Position numbers and translations under genes: made by a program. Under the pieces are notes generated by a model. The model was not told the origin of the DNA, made no database searches, and was given only the letters and a program-made list of their open reading frames with translations. This document shows positions 55,185 to 64,000 of a stretch of 64,000 nt of DNA, piece by piece. Origin of the DNA: Candidatus Colwellbacteria bacterium (GTDB lineage Bacteria; Patescibacteriota; Minisyncoccia; UBA6257; Colwellbacteraceae); NCBI GenBank assembly GCA_027448785.1, contig DAIDMW010000002.1, positions 7,252-71,251 of the forward strand. Direction: 5' to 3'. Each line of letters opens with the position of its first letter. Positions within the stretch are counted from its first letter, which is position 1.

Positions 55185-55817
55185 TTACATTGCCGTCGTC
55201 TGCACCGTCCCGTCAGGGAAAGTGATACCTCCAGAGGTGATGTCTAGACCGTTGCCCATATACACTTCTCCTGTGGAGTCGTTGATATAGAAAGGCCTCA
55301 AACTGTTCCAGCTGCCATATTGATCTCCGGAGTTGGTGAATAATAGGTAGGTGTTGGCGCCGTCATTCCTCCACATGGCTCCATAGTTGCCGGCGATCAT
55401 TCGAATCTGGCCATAACCTGAACCCAAGGTGGACTGGAGTTCTCCGCTAGCCGCGATGTTGCCGTTAACCGTGACTAATGCTCCTGTTCCCAGACTGGTT
55501 GTTCCGATTCCCACGCCTCCAGTTGGAGAGATGATGAGATTCCCTGATGGTGAAAGAGAGGTAATGTCGGAGTTGGCGCCAGAGGCGGCGGTACCTAAGT
55601 CGGATAAAGCTTGCGGCACTGTGCTGGCCTGAGTTCCGCCTAAGGTGATTACGATAGGCCCAGGTTGGCCGTTCGGAGCGGTTTGTGAAGGATTGGACCA
55701 GGCCATAGCCACACCGGAAGACAATCCAAAAAAAACAGCTAGCGAAAAAGATAAAATGTACAAGCGATCAATCGAGATAAAAAATATATTAGTTTTATAC
55801 AATTGGCGCCCAGACAT
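55185..55817 (-). CDS. Secreted protein resembling a phage tail fibre, short paralog of the upstream gene
   Basis: About 70% identical to the first 200 aa of 53923-55170 (SDITSLSPSGNLIISPTGGVGIGTTSLGTGALVTVNGNI...GGITFPDGTVQTTAM). Confidence 0.6.
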   Translation of the reverse strand: MSGRQLYKTNIFFISIDRLYILSFSLAVFFGLSSGVAMAWSNPSQTAPNGQPGPIVITLGGTQASTVPQALSDLGTAASGANSDITSLSPSGNLIISPTGGVGIGTTSLGTGALVTVNGNIAASGELQSTLGSGYGQIRMIAGNYGAMWRNDGANTYLLFTNSGDQYGSWNSLRPFYINDSTGEVYMGNGLDITSGGITFPDGTVQTTAM

Positions 55818-55898
55818 ACGTTAATTAATTATCAAAGAACCAAAAACGGTTGTCAACGCAATTATGAAGACAACGGACCGATATTATCAGCCCGCTGT

Positions 55899-55945
55899 CT
55901 TTAGTTTTATTTTTAATTTTACGCTTTAAGCTTTGCGCTCTTAAT
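55899..55945. repeat. Partial copy R9 of the intergenic repeat family (T-rich arm ttttaattttacgctttaagctttgcgctctt)
   Basis: Same arm motif as R1 (ttttgcgcttttagctttgcgctctt). Lies at the rpoD 3' end. Confidence 0.55.
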
Positions 55946-57272
55946 ACTCCGCCAGCTTCCGCGCCTTCTCGTGCTCGCGGATCTTCTGGATCGCCTTCGC
56001 CTCAATTTGTCTGATTCTTTCTCTGGTAACGTTAAACACCTTTCCAACCTCTTCCAACGTGTGCGTGGCGCCATCCTTAAGCCCGAAACGCATCTCGAGT
56101 ATCTGTCGCTCGCGCTCGGTTAATTCGCCGACGATCTCGTTAATCTGATCTCTTAACAACTCGTAAGAGGCCTTCTGTTCCGGTGTCAGGCTCTTCTCGT
56201 CTTTAATCAAATCACCGAGCATCGACTTCTCGTCCTCGCCTCCGATCGGCGACTCCAACGAAACGACCTCCTGCGAGATCTTTTGTATGTTGCGAACCTT
56301 ATCGACATCCATACTCATCTCGATAGCAATCTCCTCGGTCAAGGGTTCGCGCCCCAACTCCTGCGATAAACGCCTCTTGACCTGGGTGTACTTGGAAATC
56401 GTCTCGATCATATGGACCGGAATGCGGATCGTCCTAGACTGGTCGGCCAAGGCGCGTGTAATTGCCTGCCTGATCCACCAAGTGGCGTAAGTCGAAAACT
56501 TAAAGCCCTTGCGGTAGTCGAACTTCTCCACCGCACGGAAAAGTCCGATATTTCCCTCCTGAATCAAGTCGGAAATACTTAAAGGCCCGCGGTTCACATA
56601 TCTTTTAGCAATGGAAACCACCAGTCTTAAGTTCGCTTTGATAAGCCTTTGCCTGGCACCCTCGTCGCCGCGCAGGATTCTCTTTGCCAATTCTTTTTCT
56701 TCGTCGGAAGTCAGAAGAGGCGTCCGTCCGATCTCTCGCAGGTACATCTGGACGTTGTCGGAAACCGGCTCGGTGATGTGCGTCGCCTCCATCAGCTCTT
56801 TCTCGCTTACTTCATCGGACGGAGTTTGGATAAGGGAATCCACGTAAACAACCTTGATATTCTCGCTCTCCAAGCGATCGTAAATTTCTTCCAAAAAAGC
56901 CGGATCGGTCTCGATTCTCGGGAAGTAGTTCAAAATTTCCAAATCAGTGACAAAGCCCTTGCTACGTCCGCGCGAAAGGACCTCGTCGAGCATCTCCTCA
57001 TGCTGCGCGTCGAGCTCGGGCTTTTTAACGCGCTTCGCCGCGGACGGCGCGCGTTTGGCTGGTGCCGCTTTTTTCTTTTTTACGGTTTTAACAACCGCCT
57101 TTTTGGCGGTCTTTTTCTTCGGGCTGGGTTTTACCGCTTTCTTCACATTAGGCTTCTTCGCCGGAGCCTTCTTTATTTTGGCGCGCTTAATTCTAAGCTT
57201 GCCGTAGTGCCTTTTGGCCTGCGTTTTCTTTGGCATTTTTGGTATTTTGAATTTTTTTTGAGATTTCGTCAA
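55941..57272 (-). CDS. rpoD: RNA polymerase sigma-70 factor RpoD with a lysine-rich basic N-terminal extension
   Basis: Regions 2-4 are conserved ([13 protein letters not shown]...; ...[23 protein letters not shown]). The N-terminal ~90 aa are AKK/KKA-rich instead of the acidic region 1.1. Confidence 0.88.
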   Translation of the reverse strand: MTKSQKKFKIPKMPKKTQAKRHYGKLRIKRAKIKKAPAKKPNVKKAVKPSPKKKTAKKAVVKTVKKKKAAPAKRAPSAAKRVKKPELDAQHEEMLDEVLSRGRSKGFVTDLEILNYFPRIETDPAFLEEIYDRLESENIKVVYVDSLIQTPSDEVSEKELMEATHITEPVSDNVQMYLREIGRTPLLTSDEEKELAKRILRGDEGARQRLIKANLRLVVSIAKRYVNRGPLSISDLIQEGNIGLFRAVEKFDYRKGFKFSTYATWWIRQAITRALADQSRTIRIPVHMIETISKYTQVKRRLSQELGREPLTEEIAIEMSMDVDKVRNIQKISQEVVSLESPIGGEDEKSMLGDLIKDEKSLTPEQKASYELLRDQINEIVGELTERERQILEMRFGLKDGATHTLEEVGKVFNVTRERIRQIEAKAIQKIREHEKARKLAEY

Positions 57273-58962
57273 ATTTTTTCAGAGCGGCGACAAGCTCGTC
57301 GTCGTCCTCTCCCTCTTCAAGCGAAGCGATTGTTTTGGCCAGCTCGTTCTTCTCGTTTGCCAGGAATTCAATTTCCAACTCCTGAAGCAGCGCTCGGAAC
57401 TCCGCCTCCAGCCTCTCTTCGTCTCCCAGCAGGTCGGACTCCAGTCCGCCTCGCAGGGAGATAAGGTTTAAAAGGCCTCTAATCTCCAAAGATGGGCTCG
57501 CTCCTTTTTCGGAAAGCGCAAGGTAAGCCGCGCGATACTTTTCGGGCAAGTAATCGGTAAACGTCCCGATGCTGTTTCTCAGATTCTCTTTTTCGCCCGC
57601 CAATCCGAGAAGTCGCAGAGAGATAAGCTCTAATCGGTTTTCCGGCTTCGGTTCGGCGGGGACGGCTGCAGTGTCCGGCGCAAATATTACTTTCTCGTTT
57701 TCTCCCAACTTAATCTTTTCCATCTCCTCAAACAGTTCTCGCTCGCCCACCCCGGTTCGGTGCGACAGCTCCCGGATCCAAAAAGAACGGTCGATCGGGC
57801 TCCAGATCCGGCCAATCTTATCGAGAACCGCGCGAATAGCCAGCTTGCTTGGAGTCCCTTGCTTACCTAAATAGCGGTTAAAAACAAAGTTCATAGCCGG
57901 CTCAGCGTTCCTTACTGCCTCCGCCGCAGCGCCGGGTTTTTTCTCCACCAGTTCCGCTGCGTCCTTGCACTCTCCCCAGCTGGCAACCGAAGCAGTGAAG
58001 TCGTTAGTCGCCGCAAGGTCGATCGCCTTTTCGACAGCCAGCTTGCCGGCCTCGTCGTTATCGAAGCCGATCACCAGCTTGTCGGTCGTTTTGCGCAACG
58101 CGCGCAGATGCTCGGCGGTCAAGGCTGTTCCGGAAGTAGCAACCGCGTTGCGAATGCCATCCTGCCAGCACATTAAAAAATCCATCTGCCCCTCCAGGAG
58201 CGTCGCATACCCGCTTTCGCGGATTTCTTTCTTGCTTTTCCAGAATCCGTACAGAAGCTTGGACTTGGCAAAGATCGGCGTCTCGGGACTGTTAACATAC
58301 TTGCCGACCTCGGGCCGCTCCAGCTCGGGAAGAATGCGGCCGGTAAAGCCGACGATCTTGCCGAAATGGTTGTGAATCGGAAACATTATCCGTCCGCGGA
58401 AGCGATCGATGTACTTGCCGCTGTCGGTGCGGAAAGATAATCCGGACCGCACGATGTCCGCCAGCTCGAACTTGCGCTCGATCAGGTTTACGGTCAGCGC
58501 GTCGAAACTTTCCGGCGCGAAACCGATCTCGAACTCCTCGATCGTATCCATTGAAAGCTTTCTCCCCTCGAGGTACTTCAGCGCGCGGTTGGAGGCGGCC
58601 AAATTATCCTTGAAAAAATCCGCGGCGGCGCGCTGAATGTCATAAAGCACGCCAAACTGCCTCTCCTCAGCTGGAGTGTATCTTTTTAGATCAACGTGGG
58701 CCTTCTCGGCCAGGATACGCAGAGCCTCATAGAATTCGACGTTCTCGTAGAGGGAAACGAATTTCACAACGTCGCCTCCGGCGTTGCAGCCGAAACAATG
58801 CCAGATCTGCCTCTCCGGAGAAACGATGAGAGAAGGGGTTTTTTCAGCATGAAAAGGGCAGATTCCCTTGAAATTCTTGCCGGCCGGCTTCAATTCGATG
58901 TACCCCTTGATGACATCGACTATATCCAGCTTTTCTTTTATTTCCTCGAGCGGAGACGCCAT
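57193..58962 (-). CDS. dnaG: DNA primase DnaG
   Basis: 589 aa. Zn-ribbon [25 protein letters not shown] and a TOPRIM domain ([17 protein letters not shown]). Confidence 0.9.
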   Translation of the reverse strand: MASPLEEIKEKLDIVDVIKGYIELKPAGKNFKGICPFHAEKTPSLIVSPERQIWHCFGCNAGGDVVKFVSLYENVEFYEALRILAEKAHVDLKRYTPAEERQFGVLYDIQRAAADFFKDNLAASNRALKYLEGRKLSMDTIEEFEIGFAPESFDALTVNLIERKFELADIVRSGLSFRTDSGKYIDRFRGRIMFPIHNHFGKIVGFTGRILPELERPEVGKYVNSPETPIFAKSKLLYGFWKSKKEIRESGYATLLEGQMDFLMCWQDGIRNAVATSGTALTAEHLRALRKTTDKLVIGFDNDEAGKLAVEKAIDLAATNDFTASVASWGECKDAAELVEKKPGAAAEAVRNAEPAMNFVFNRYLGKQGTPSKLAIRAVLDKIGRIWSPIDRSFWIRELSHRTGVGERELFEEMEKIKLGENEKVIFAPDTAAVPAEPKPENRLELISLRLLGLAGEKENLRNSIGTFTDYLPEKYRAAYLALSEKGASPSLEIRGLLNLISLRGGLESDLLGDEERLEAEFRALLQELEIEFLANEKNELAKTIASLEEGEDDDELVAALKKFDEISKKIQNTKNAKENAGQKALRQA

Positions 58963-59083
58963 TTCGCCCTTATAATACCAAACCTAGGGTTGGTGGCTAG
59001 TATCGCTTAATTTTCCCGCTACCCTGTCAAACTCGCTTATCAACTTTTACTAATCATCTCGGCCTGATCGGCCGGAATGTTTA

Positions 59084-59125
59084 GTAAAATAAAAAACTAC
59101 CGCTTCTGGATATACCTTCCGCAAG
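59084..59125 (-). terminator. Candidate terminator downstream of ddl
   Basis: Imperfect hairpin ccgcttctgg...ccgcaagcgg, followed on the minus strand by tagttttttatttt. Confidence 0.4.
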
Positions 59126-59154
59126 CGGCGAGGTGTTGTGGATGAAATAAAAAA

Positions 59155-60120
59155 CTATTCGCGTTCGGCCACCTCCTCCTTTTTAAGCGCCTGCTCTACC
59201 AAAACGTCCAGAAGCCGCGGGAAACTTATTCCGGACGCTTCGGCCGCTTTGGGGAAAAGACTATTTTTGGTCAGCCCGGGAACGGTGTTGATCTCCAATA
59301 TATAAAGCCGTCCGTCCGAGGCAAGGATGAAATCGCTCCGCGAAAAACCGCAGGCGCCTATCGCCTTATGGGCGCGCAGCGCTCCCTGTTGTATCTCTTC
59401 TATGACAGCGAGCAGGTCGGACATAATGCGCTCTTCGGAAGCGCCAACGGAATATTTAGACTGGTAATCGAAAAACTCTCCAGTCAAAGGAAGTATCTGA
59501 AGCGGTTCCAAAGCCACAACCTTCTCCCCCATCTCTAAAACCGATCCGGCAAACTCCTGTCCGTCAATATATTCCTGAACAATCGCCTCGCGGCCGAACT
59601 GCAAAGCCTTCTCTACCGCCGGCCACACCTCCTCCGCCCTCCGAACCAGACTAACGCCGAAAGACGATCCTTGGTTGGCCGGTTTAATGATTAGCGGGAG
59701 ATCTATGGAAATATTCAGGGGATACCCGCCGCGCCAATCCGCGTCTTGCCGGTTAATCACCTCGAAGCGCGGAACATTTAACCCGACTGCCTGGAACAGC
59801 CTGTAAGAAAGTATCTTGTTCATCCCCAGAGCGCTGGCCAAGACGCCGCTGCCAGTATAAGGGAGGCTTAATCTTTCCAAAAACTTCTGGACCGTTCCGT
59901 CCTCGCCGTATTTCCCATGCAAAGCGATAAAAGCAAGATCAACCTGCCTCGCCAGCTCTTCTGGATCGACCGGCCAACTTCCGTCTCTCTTGATATGCAC
60001 CGGAATCGCCTCGTATTTTTCCGGAGAAAGTTCCGCCAAGACCCTCTTTCCGCTTTCAACCGATACCTCGTGTTCCAACGAAGGCCCGCCGAATAAAACA
60101 GCAATTCTAAGTTTTTTCAC
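59155..60120 (-). CDS. ddl: D-alanine--D-alanine ligase
   Basis: 321 aa, MKKLRIAVLFGGPSLEHEVS..., ATP-grasp fold. Confidence 0.9.
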   Translation of the reverse strand: MKKLRIAVLFGGPSLEHEVSVESGKRVLAELSPEKYEAIPVHIKRDGSWPVDPEELARQVDLAFIALHGKYGEDGTVQKFLERLSLPYTGSGVLASALGMNKILSYRLFQAVGLNVPRFEVINRQDADWRGGYPLNISIDLPLIIKPANQGSSFGVSLVRRAEEVWPAVEKALQFGREAIVQEYIDGQEFAGSVLEMGEKVVALEPLQILPLTGEFFDYQSKYSVGASEERIMSDLLAVIEEIQQGALRAHKAIGACGFSRSDFILASDGRLYILEINTVPGLTKNSLFPKAAEASGISFPRLLDVLVEQALKKEEVAERE

Positions 60121-60184
60121 CGTTTAAAGTATAGTTTAGCGGCCGAGTTCAAAGCAAACGCGTTCGAACGCTTTTACCGAATAT

Positions 60185-60634
60185 TTATTCGACGGATCTG
60201 GCCACTTTCCAGCCATCCAAACCGAAATACAATCCTGCGTTCAAATAACGCAAAACAAGCAGCGCAGCCGCGTAAATAATATGCTGGTCGACTAGAAATC
60301 CGTTCGGAACCAAGGGTAAGCTGTTCGCGGCAAAATAATAGAGAAGCATCATGATCGCTCCGAGAAGCGAAGCGATTCTCAACCAGAAGCCGAAGATTAG
60401 CGCAAGGCCGATCAGCATCAACCCCCATTCGTTAGCCACGTTCACCAGACCTATGAGAAGCGGATGGGCTAAGAAGGAATAAAAGCCACTGAAAGTCTTC
60501 GCGCTTTCAAGGAAGCTGGTGGCCGTCCACGAAGCGTTGAGTATCTTGGTTATACCGGCATAAAAGAACAGCCAGCCGAGAAGAATCCTCAAGACAGCGA
60601 CCGCTGTCTTCTGCGACTTGCTTAAATTAAGCAT
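60185..60634 (-). CDS. DoxX-family membrane protein
   Basis: 149 aa with four TM helices and the DoxX-like pattern LRILLGWLFFYAGITK. Confidence 0.6.
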   Translation of the reverse strand: MLNLSKSQKTAVAVLRILLGWLFFYAGITKILNASWTATSFLESAKTFSGFYSFLAHPLLIGLVNVANEWGLMLIGLALIFGFWLRIASLLGAIMMLLYYFAANSLPLVPNGFLVDQHIIYAAALLVLRYLNAGLYFGLDGWKVARSVE

Positions 60635-60654
60635 ATCAATTTAAGCATAACTCA

Positions 60655-60872
60655 AAGAAGCGCAAAATAAAAAGCTAAAAGCGAAAAACAACGGCTAGTA
60701 GCTAGCCAAATCCTAAACTTTAAATCCGAAATCCTAAACAAACTCCAATTTACAAATTCCAAATACGAAACACGAATGGGTTTGTAATTTGAGATTTGAT
60801 ATTTCGAATTTGTTTCGGATTTCGATATTAGGATTTCCGATGTTTTGCCTTTTTCGCTTTTAGTTTTGCGCT
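60655..60872. repeat. Modular palindromic intergenic repeat, copy R10 (largest, with a nested inner palindrome)
   Basis: Left arm aaagaagcgcaaaataaaaagctaaaagcgaaaaacaacggctagtagctagcc; inner palindrome ccgaaatcctaaacaaa...gaaacacgaatgggtttgtaa...atttcgaatttgtttcggatttcg; right arm ttttgcctttttcgcttttagttttgcgcttct. Confidence 0.85.
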
Positions 60873-60875
60873 TCT

Positions 60876-62879
60876 CTATCTTTTTACCCTCAGCGCCAAG
60901 GCATTGAAAACGACGATTATCGAACTCAAACTCATAAGCAGCGCTCCCCACTCCGGACGAAGAAAGATTCCCCATGGAGACAAAACTCCGGCCGCTATCG
61001 GAATGGCCAGCGCATTGTATCCCGCCGCCCACGCCAAATTTTCCATCATCTTGCGCATAGTTCTTTTACTTAGCCTCAGCAAGTAAAGAACTCCTCGCAA
61101 ATCACTCTCGGCTAAGATGGCATCGGCCGACTCTATGGCGACCTGCGTCCCTCCACCAATTGCCACACCAACATCTGCCTGCTTAAGGCTTGGGGCGTCG
61201 TTCACGCCGTCTCCGACCATCGCTACTAAATTTCCTTTATCCTGCAGCTGCTGAACGATTGACATTTTATTTTCCGGCAAGACCCCGGCAAAATAGAGAT
61301 CGATGCCGAGCGCGGATGCCGCGCGTGCGGCCGCCTCTTCATTATCCCCGGTAATCATCGCTGTTTTAATGCCCATCCGCTTAACGGTCGAAATAACCTC
61401 TTTCGCCTCAGGCCGCAACTCGTCGGCCATCGCCAATATTCCCAGAATTTCTTTTTTGTTCGCCACCCAAGCTAGGCTCTTGCCCTGCCCTGTCAGGCTA
61501 TTGGCCGCATCTTTCCAGGCCGCCACGTCCAGGCCGACGTCCTTAATATATTCCTCGTTGCCGACGAAAATGATTTGGCCTAAAACCTCTCCGCTCCCTC
61601 CCTTGCCGGCAATTGACTGGTAATTATTGGCCGGGCCGAAACTCATGCCTCTGCTGCTTGCCGCTCTGACGATAGCCATGGCGATGAAGTGCATCGAGTT
61701 TACCTCGATCGACGCCGCGGCGCGCAGCACTTCTCCCTCGCTCGTTGTTCTGTTCGGCACGATATCCGTTACCGTAAACTCACCGCTGGTGAGCGTTCCG
61801 GTCTTGTCGAAAACCAGATAGGTTAGCTTGTTCAGCTTTTCGACGGCCTGACCGTCTTTGATCACCACTCCGTTTTTCGCCGCCAGCGAAGTAGCGATCG
61901 TGGTAACCGTGGGAATGGCCAAACCCAAAGCGTGCGGACAAGCGATAACGACGACCGTTATCGCTAGAGTAAGAGCAAACAGCGTCCCATGCGGAGAAAT
62001 AAGATTCCAAAATATAAAAGTCAAAACCCCTCCGCCTAAAGCGGCAATGGTCAGGTAGTTTGCGGCACGATCCGCTAATCTTTCTATTTTCGGACGCGAG
62101 TTCTGCGCCTGTTCGACTAAAGCGGCGACCTGAGCCAAAAAAGTTTCGCCGCCGGCGCGGTTAACCTTGATCGTCAGCGAACCATCATAGTTGACGCTAC
62201 CGCCAATCACTTCGGCGCCGACATCTTTTTTAACTGGCTTTGATTCGCCGGTTAAAAGCGCCTCGCTCACCGACGAAGAACCTCCGACGACTGCCCCGTC
62301 GGCGGGTATTTTTTCGCCCGGGCGCACCATTATCCTGTCTCCTTTGTGCAGGTTAAAACTATCGACGTCTATCACTGAAGAGTCTGAAACAAGATGTGCC
62401 CTCGGAGGAGTCAAGCTCAGCAGTTCGCCGAGGATGCTGCTTGTTCCGCTTACTGCCTTCATTTCTAGCCAATGCCCAAAAAGTAAAATCACTACCAAAG
62501 TCGAGATCTCCCAGTAAAAATCCGGGCCAAAAAAAAGAAAAGTGCTGCCAACGGAGAAAAAGTATCCGGACGCGACCGCCACCGCAACCAAAGTCATCAT
62601 TCCGTAATTCCGCGATTTTAATTCAGAGAATGCTCCGAAAAAAAACGGCCAGCCGCCGTATCCGACGACCAGCGAAGAAAGCGCGAAAGAAATATACGCC
62701 GCGTAGCTGGGCTGGAAAGAAAAACGCAAAGCCTCCTGCACGACCGGCGCCAGCAAAACCACCGGCAAAGACAAGACTAAAGAAATGACAAATCTCTTCT
62801 TAAAATCCTCGGCCATCATCGCATGATGGTTGTGATGGGAGGCGTGACCGATACTTGCAGCCTGTACATTCATCTCCAT
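60876..62879 (-). CDS. P1B-type heavy-metal ATPase, CopB-like (CPH motif, His-rich N-terminus, no HMA domain)
   Basis: 667 aa. TM6 CPH ([10 protein letters not shown]), [13 protein letters not shown], and N-terminal HASHHNHH. Confidence 0.85.
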   Translation of the reverse strand: MEMNVQAASIGHASHHNHHAMMAEDFKKRFVISLVLSLPVVLLAPVVQEALRFSFQPSYAAYISFALSSLVVGYGGWPFFFGAFSELKSRNYGMMTLVAVAVASGYFFSVGSTFLFFGPDFYWEISTLVVILLFGHWLEMKAVSGTSSILGELLSLTPPRAHLVSDSSVIDVDSFNLHKGDRIMVRPGEKIPADGAVVGGSSSVSEALLTGESKPVKKDVGAEVIGGSVNYDGSLTIKVNRAGGETFLAQVAALVEQAQNSRPKIERLADRAANYLTIAALGGGVLTFIFWNLISPHGTLFALTLAITVVVIACPHALGLAIPTVTTIATSLAAKNGVVIKDGQAVEKLNKLTYLVFDKTGTLTSGEFTVTDIVPNRTTSEGEVLRAAASIEVNSMHFIAMAIVRAASSRGMSFGPANNYQSIAGKGGSGEVLGQIIFVGNEEYIKDVGLDVAAWKDAANSLTGQGKSLAWVANKKEILGILAMADELRPEAKEVISTVKRMGIKTAMITGDNEEAAARAASALGIDLYFAGVLPENKMSIVQQLQDKGNLVAMVGDGVNDAPSLKQADVGVAIGGGTQVAIESADAILAESDLRGVLYLLRLSKRTMRKMMENLAWAAGYNALAIPIAAGVLSPWGIFLRPEWGALLMSLSSIIVVFNALALRVKR

Positions 62880-62902
62880 GCCTTTATTATAGCGCGCCAG
62901 TT

Positions 62903-62990
62903 AAGAGCGCAAAGCTTAAAGTGCAAAGCGCAAAAGAACGATCCTAACGAAACGAGTTATTGTTTTTCGCTTTTAGCTTTTAGTTTTGCT
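62903..62990. repeat. Modular palindromic intergenic repeat, copy R11
   Basis: agagcgcaaagcttaaagtgcaaagcgcaaaagaacg ... ttgtttttcgcttttagcttttagttttgctct. Confidence 0.8.
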
Positions 62991-62993
62991 CTA

Positions 62994-63527
62994 TCAGAAT
63001 TCCAGTCCCTCCTCCGCATGCTTTCCCTCCTGGTAGGGATGTTTAATTTCGCGCATTTCGGTAACCAAGTCGGCTAGGTCGATGACGTCTTGATCGGCGT
63101 CGCGGCCGGTAAGAAGAAGATGAAATTTTTTAACTTTCTGCAGTTCTTTTACCTCGGCTAAATCCTTCAACACCTCCTCTTTAGAAATAAGTCCCAATTT
63201 CAACGCCACATTGAACTCGTCGGCGATAATAAGATAGTAGCGCAGCGAGCGCGCTGAATCCATCACGCCTTTCCAGGTGTTCTGTGCCGCTTCTTGGTGC
63301 TCCTCGAAAGGCAGTTTGTCACCTAGGATGCCGACGAAGCCCTTGCCGCCTTTAATAATCTTGAACCATTCGCCGAAAGCTGGCGCGACCTTGTCTTCTC
63401 CCGAGATCCACGGCCCCTTGATGAACTGATACATCACCGCCCGCTTGCCATCGCCAATGGCTCGCAAAGCTTGGCCCAAGGCTGCCGTCGTTTTTCCCTT
63501 TCCATTGCCGGTAAAAACTACGATCAT
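62994..63527 (-). CDS. ATP:cob(I)alamin adenosyltransferase (CobA/CobO/BtuR family)
   Basis: 177 aa. P-loop VFTGNGKGKTTAALG and the IADEF motif. Confidence 0.8.
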   Translation of the reverse strand: MIVVFTGNGKGKTTAALGQALRAIGDGKRAVMYQFIKGPWISGEDKVAPAFGEWFKIIKGGKGFVGILGDKLPFEEHQEAAQNTWKGVMDSARSLRYYLIIADEFNVALKLGLISKEEVLKDLAEVKELQKVKKFHLLLTGRDADQDVIDLADLVTEMREIKHPYQEGKHAEEGLEF

Positions 63528-63547
63528 TTAAAGAAGTATAGAGGAGA

Positions 63548-63706
63548 AAGCGAAAAGCACAAAACAAAGAAGTGTAAAGTTCAAAGCTAAAAGCGAAAAA
63601 CACTTGCTAGGGACTACGAATGACGGATGGCGGACTAAACCCTAATCCCCAGTCCTTAATCCCCACTTTAACTTTTGCGCTTTTCGTTTTGCGCTTTTAA
63701 TTTTGC
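63548..63706. repeat. Modular palindromic intergenic repeat, copy R12 (homologous to R1, same 26-nt core)
   Basis: ...caaagctaaaagcgaaaaacacttgctagggactacgaatgacggatggcggactaaaccctaatccccagtcc...acttttgcgcttttcgttttgcgcttttaattttgcg. The core at 63630-63655 is identical to 2498-2523. Confidence 0.85.
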
Positions 63707-63707
63707 G

Positions 63708-63971
63708 TTATAAACAGAGTCCCCAGCCGCAGTTCGGACAGGTTTTGCATCCTTCTTTGTTAATGAGCTCGGTCTGGCACTTCGGGCAGAACTTGATATC
63801 GTGGGTGATCTCGCTCTCGCTTATCCCGTTCACCACCGTCGCCTGCAGATCCGCGCCCGGCGTCTGATAGATGACCGGTCCTTCGGCTTTAACGTCCTCG
63901 ATTTGTTTCAGCTCTTCCTCCCCTCCCTTGGCCGGCTTCTCTTCCTTGGTTTTTGTTCCGGCAACGAGCAC
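63708..63971 (-). CDS. Small zinc-ribbon protein (CPKC...CPNC), hypothetical
   Basis: 87 aa from a GTG start. The ORF may extend beyond 63971 toward the window edge. Confidence 0.45.
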   Translation of the reverse strand: MLVAGTKTKEEKPAKGGEEELKQIEDVKAEGPVIYQTPGADLQATVVNGISESEITHDIKFCPKCQTELINKEGCKTCPNCGWGLCL

Positions 63972-64000
63972 CTGGTTCTGGATAGAACTGTCGCGGAAGA

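Noticed and set aside
53923-55817. Prophage or prophage remnant
   Set aside because: Only two fibre-like genes are present. There is no integrase, terminase, capsid or portal gene, and the flanks are alaS and rpoD. I treat them as host-encoded fibre-like adhesins.
56649-57464. Plus-strand 271-aa ORF
   Set aside because: It lies antisense to rpoD and the end of dnaG, is Arg/Leu-rich and has no motifs. Spurious.
60652-61032. 126-aa minus-strand ORF spanning repeat R10 into the 3' end of the ATPase gene
   Set aside because: It overlaps the well-supported P-type ATPase C-terminus and runs through the palindromic repeat. No independent support.
1-64000. rRNA genes, IS elements or transposases, integrases, restriction-modification or toxin-antitoxin pairs
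   Set aside because: No ORF shows transposase DDE / integrase R..H..R..Y / PIN / HEPN hallmarks that I could verify, and no rRNA-like conserved stretches were seen.

Overview
This 64 kb window is a gene-dense chromosomal segment with almost all genes on the minus strand. The gene content and the many shortened proteins suggest a small-genome, monoderm-type bacterium (Patescibacteria/CPR-like), but that is an inference, not something the sequence proves.

Main gene blocks:
- a broken-up dcw/cell-wall cluster (murC partial, murD, murF, ftsI, ftsL-like, rsmH, mraZ; a separate ddl);
- many ribosomal protein genes (rplU, rplL, rplJ, rpmG, rpsB, rpsP, rpmF, then an alpha-operon-like block rpsI-rplM-rplQ-rpoA-rpsD-rpsK-rpsM-rpmJ-infA);
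- tsf, trmD, a mini smc, rnc, nusB, pheST, gatCA, ligA, serS, lysS, greA, alaS, rpoD, dnaG;
- a complete type IV pilus / competence module (pilM-N-O, pilB, pilT, pilC, pilA, pilD, four minor pilins, comFC) plus a separate pilin-LamG fusion;
- nine tRNAs (Glu, Val, Thr x2, Tyr, fMet, Met, Asp).

The most striking non-coding signal is a dispersed family of long modular palindromic intergenic repeats. There are at least 12 copies, built from AAAGCGCAAAA / AAAGCTAAAAGCGAAAAAC units and their reverse complements, often with nested inner palindromes. They sit at almost every operon boundary.

Other notable items:
- three perfect DnaA boxes upstream of mraZ;
- a 23-bp duplication of the tRNA-Met 3' end flanking a structured 170-bp spacer;
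- a 32-bp tandem repeat (x3) upstream of an orphan 173-aa gene;
- two tandem secreted paralogs resembling phage tail fibres;
- an SMC homolog of only 707 aa;
- an RpoA that lacks the alpha-CTD;
- an RpoD with a lysine-rich, histone-like N-terminus;
- an apparent 1-nt frameshift in rpmF.

No rRNA, CRISPR array, transposase or prophage core genes were seen.
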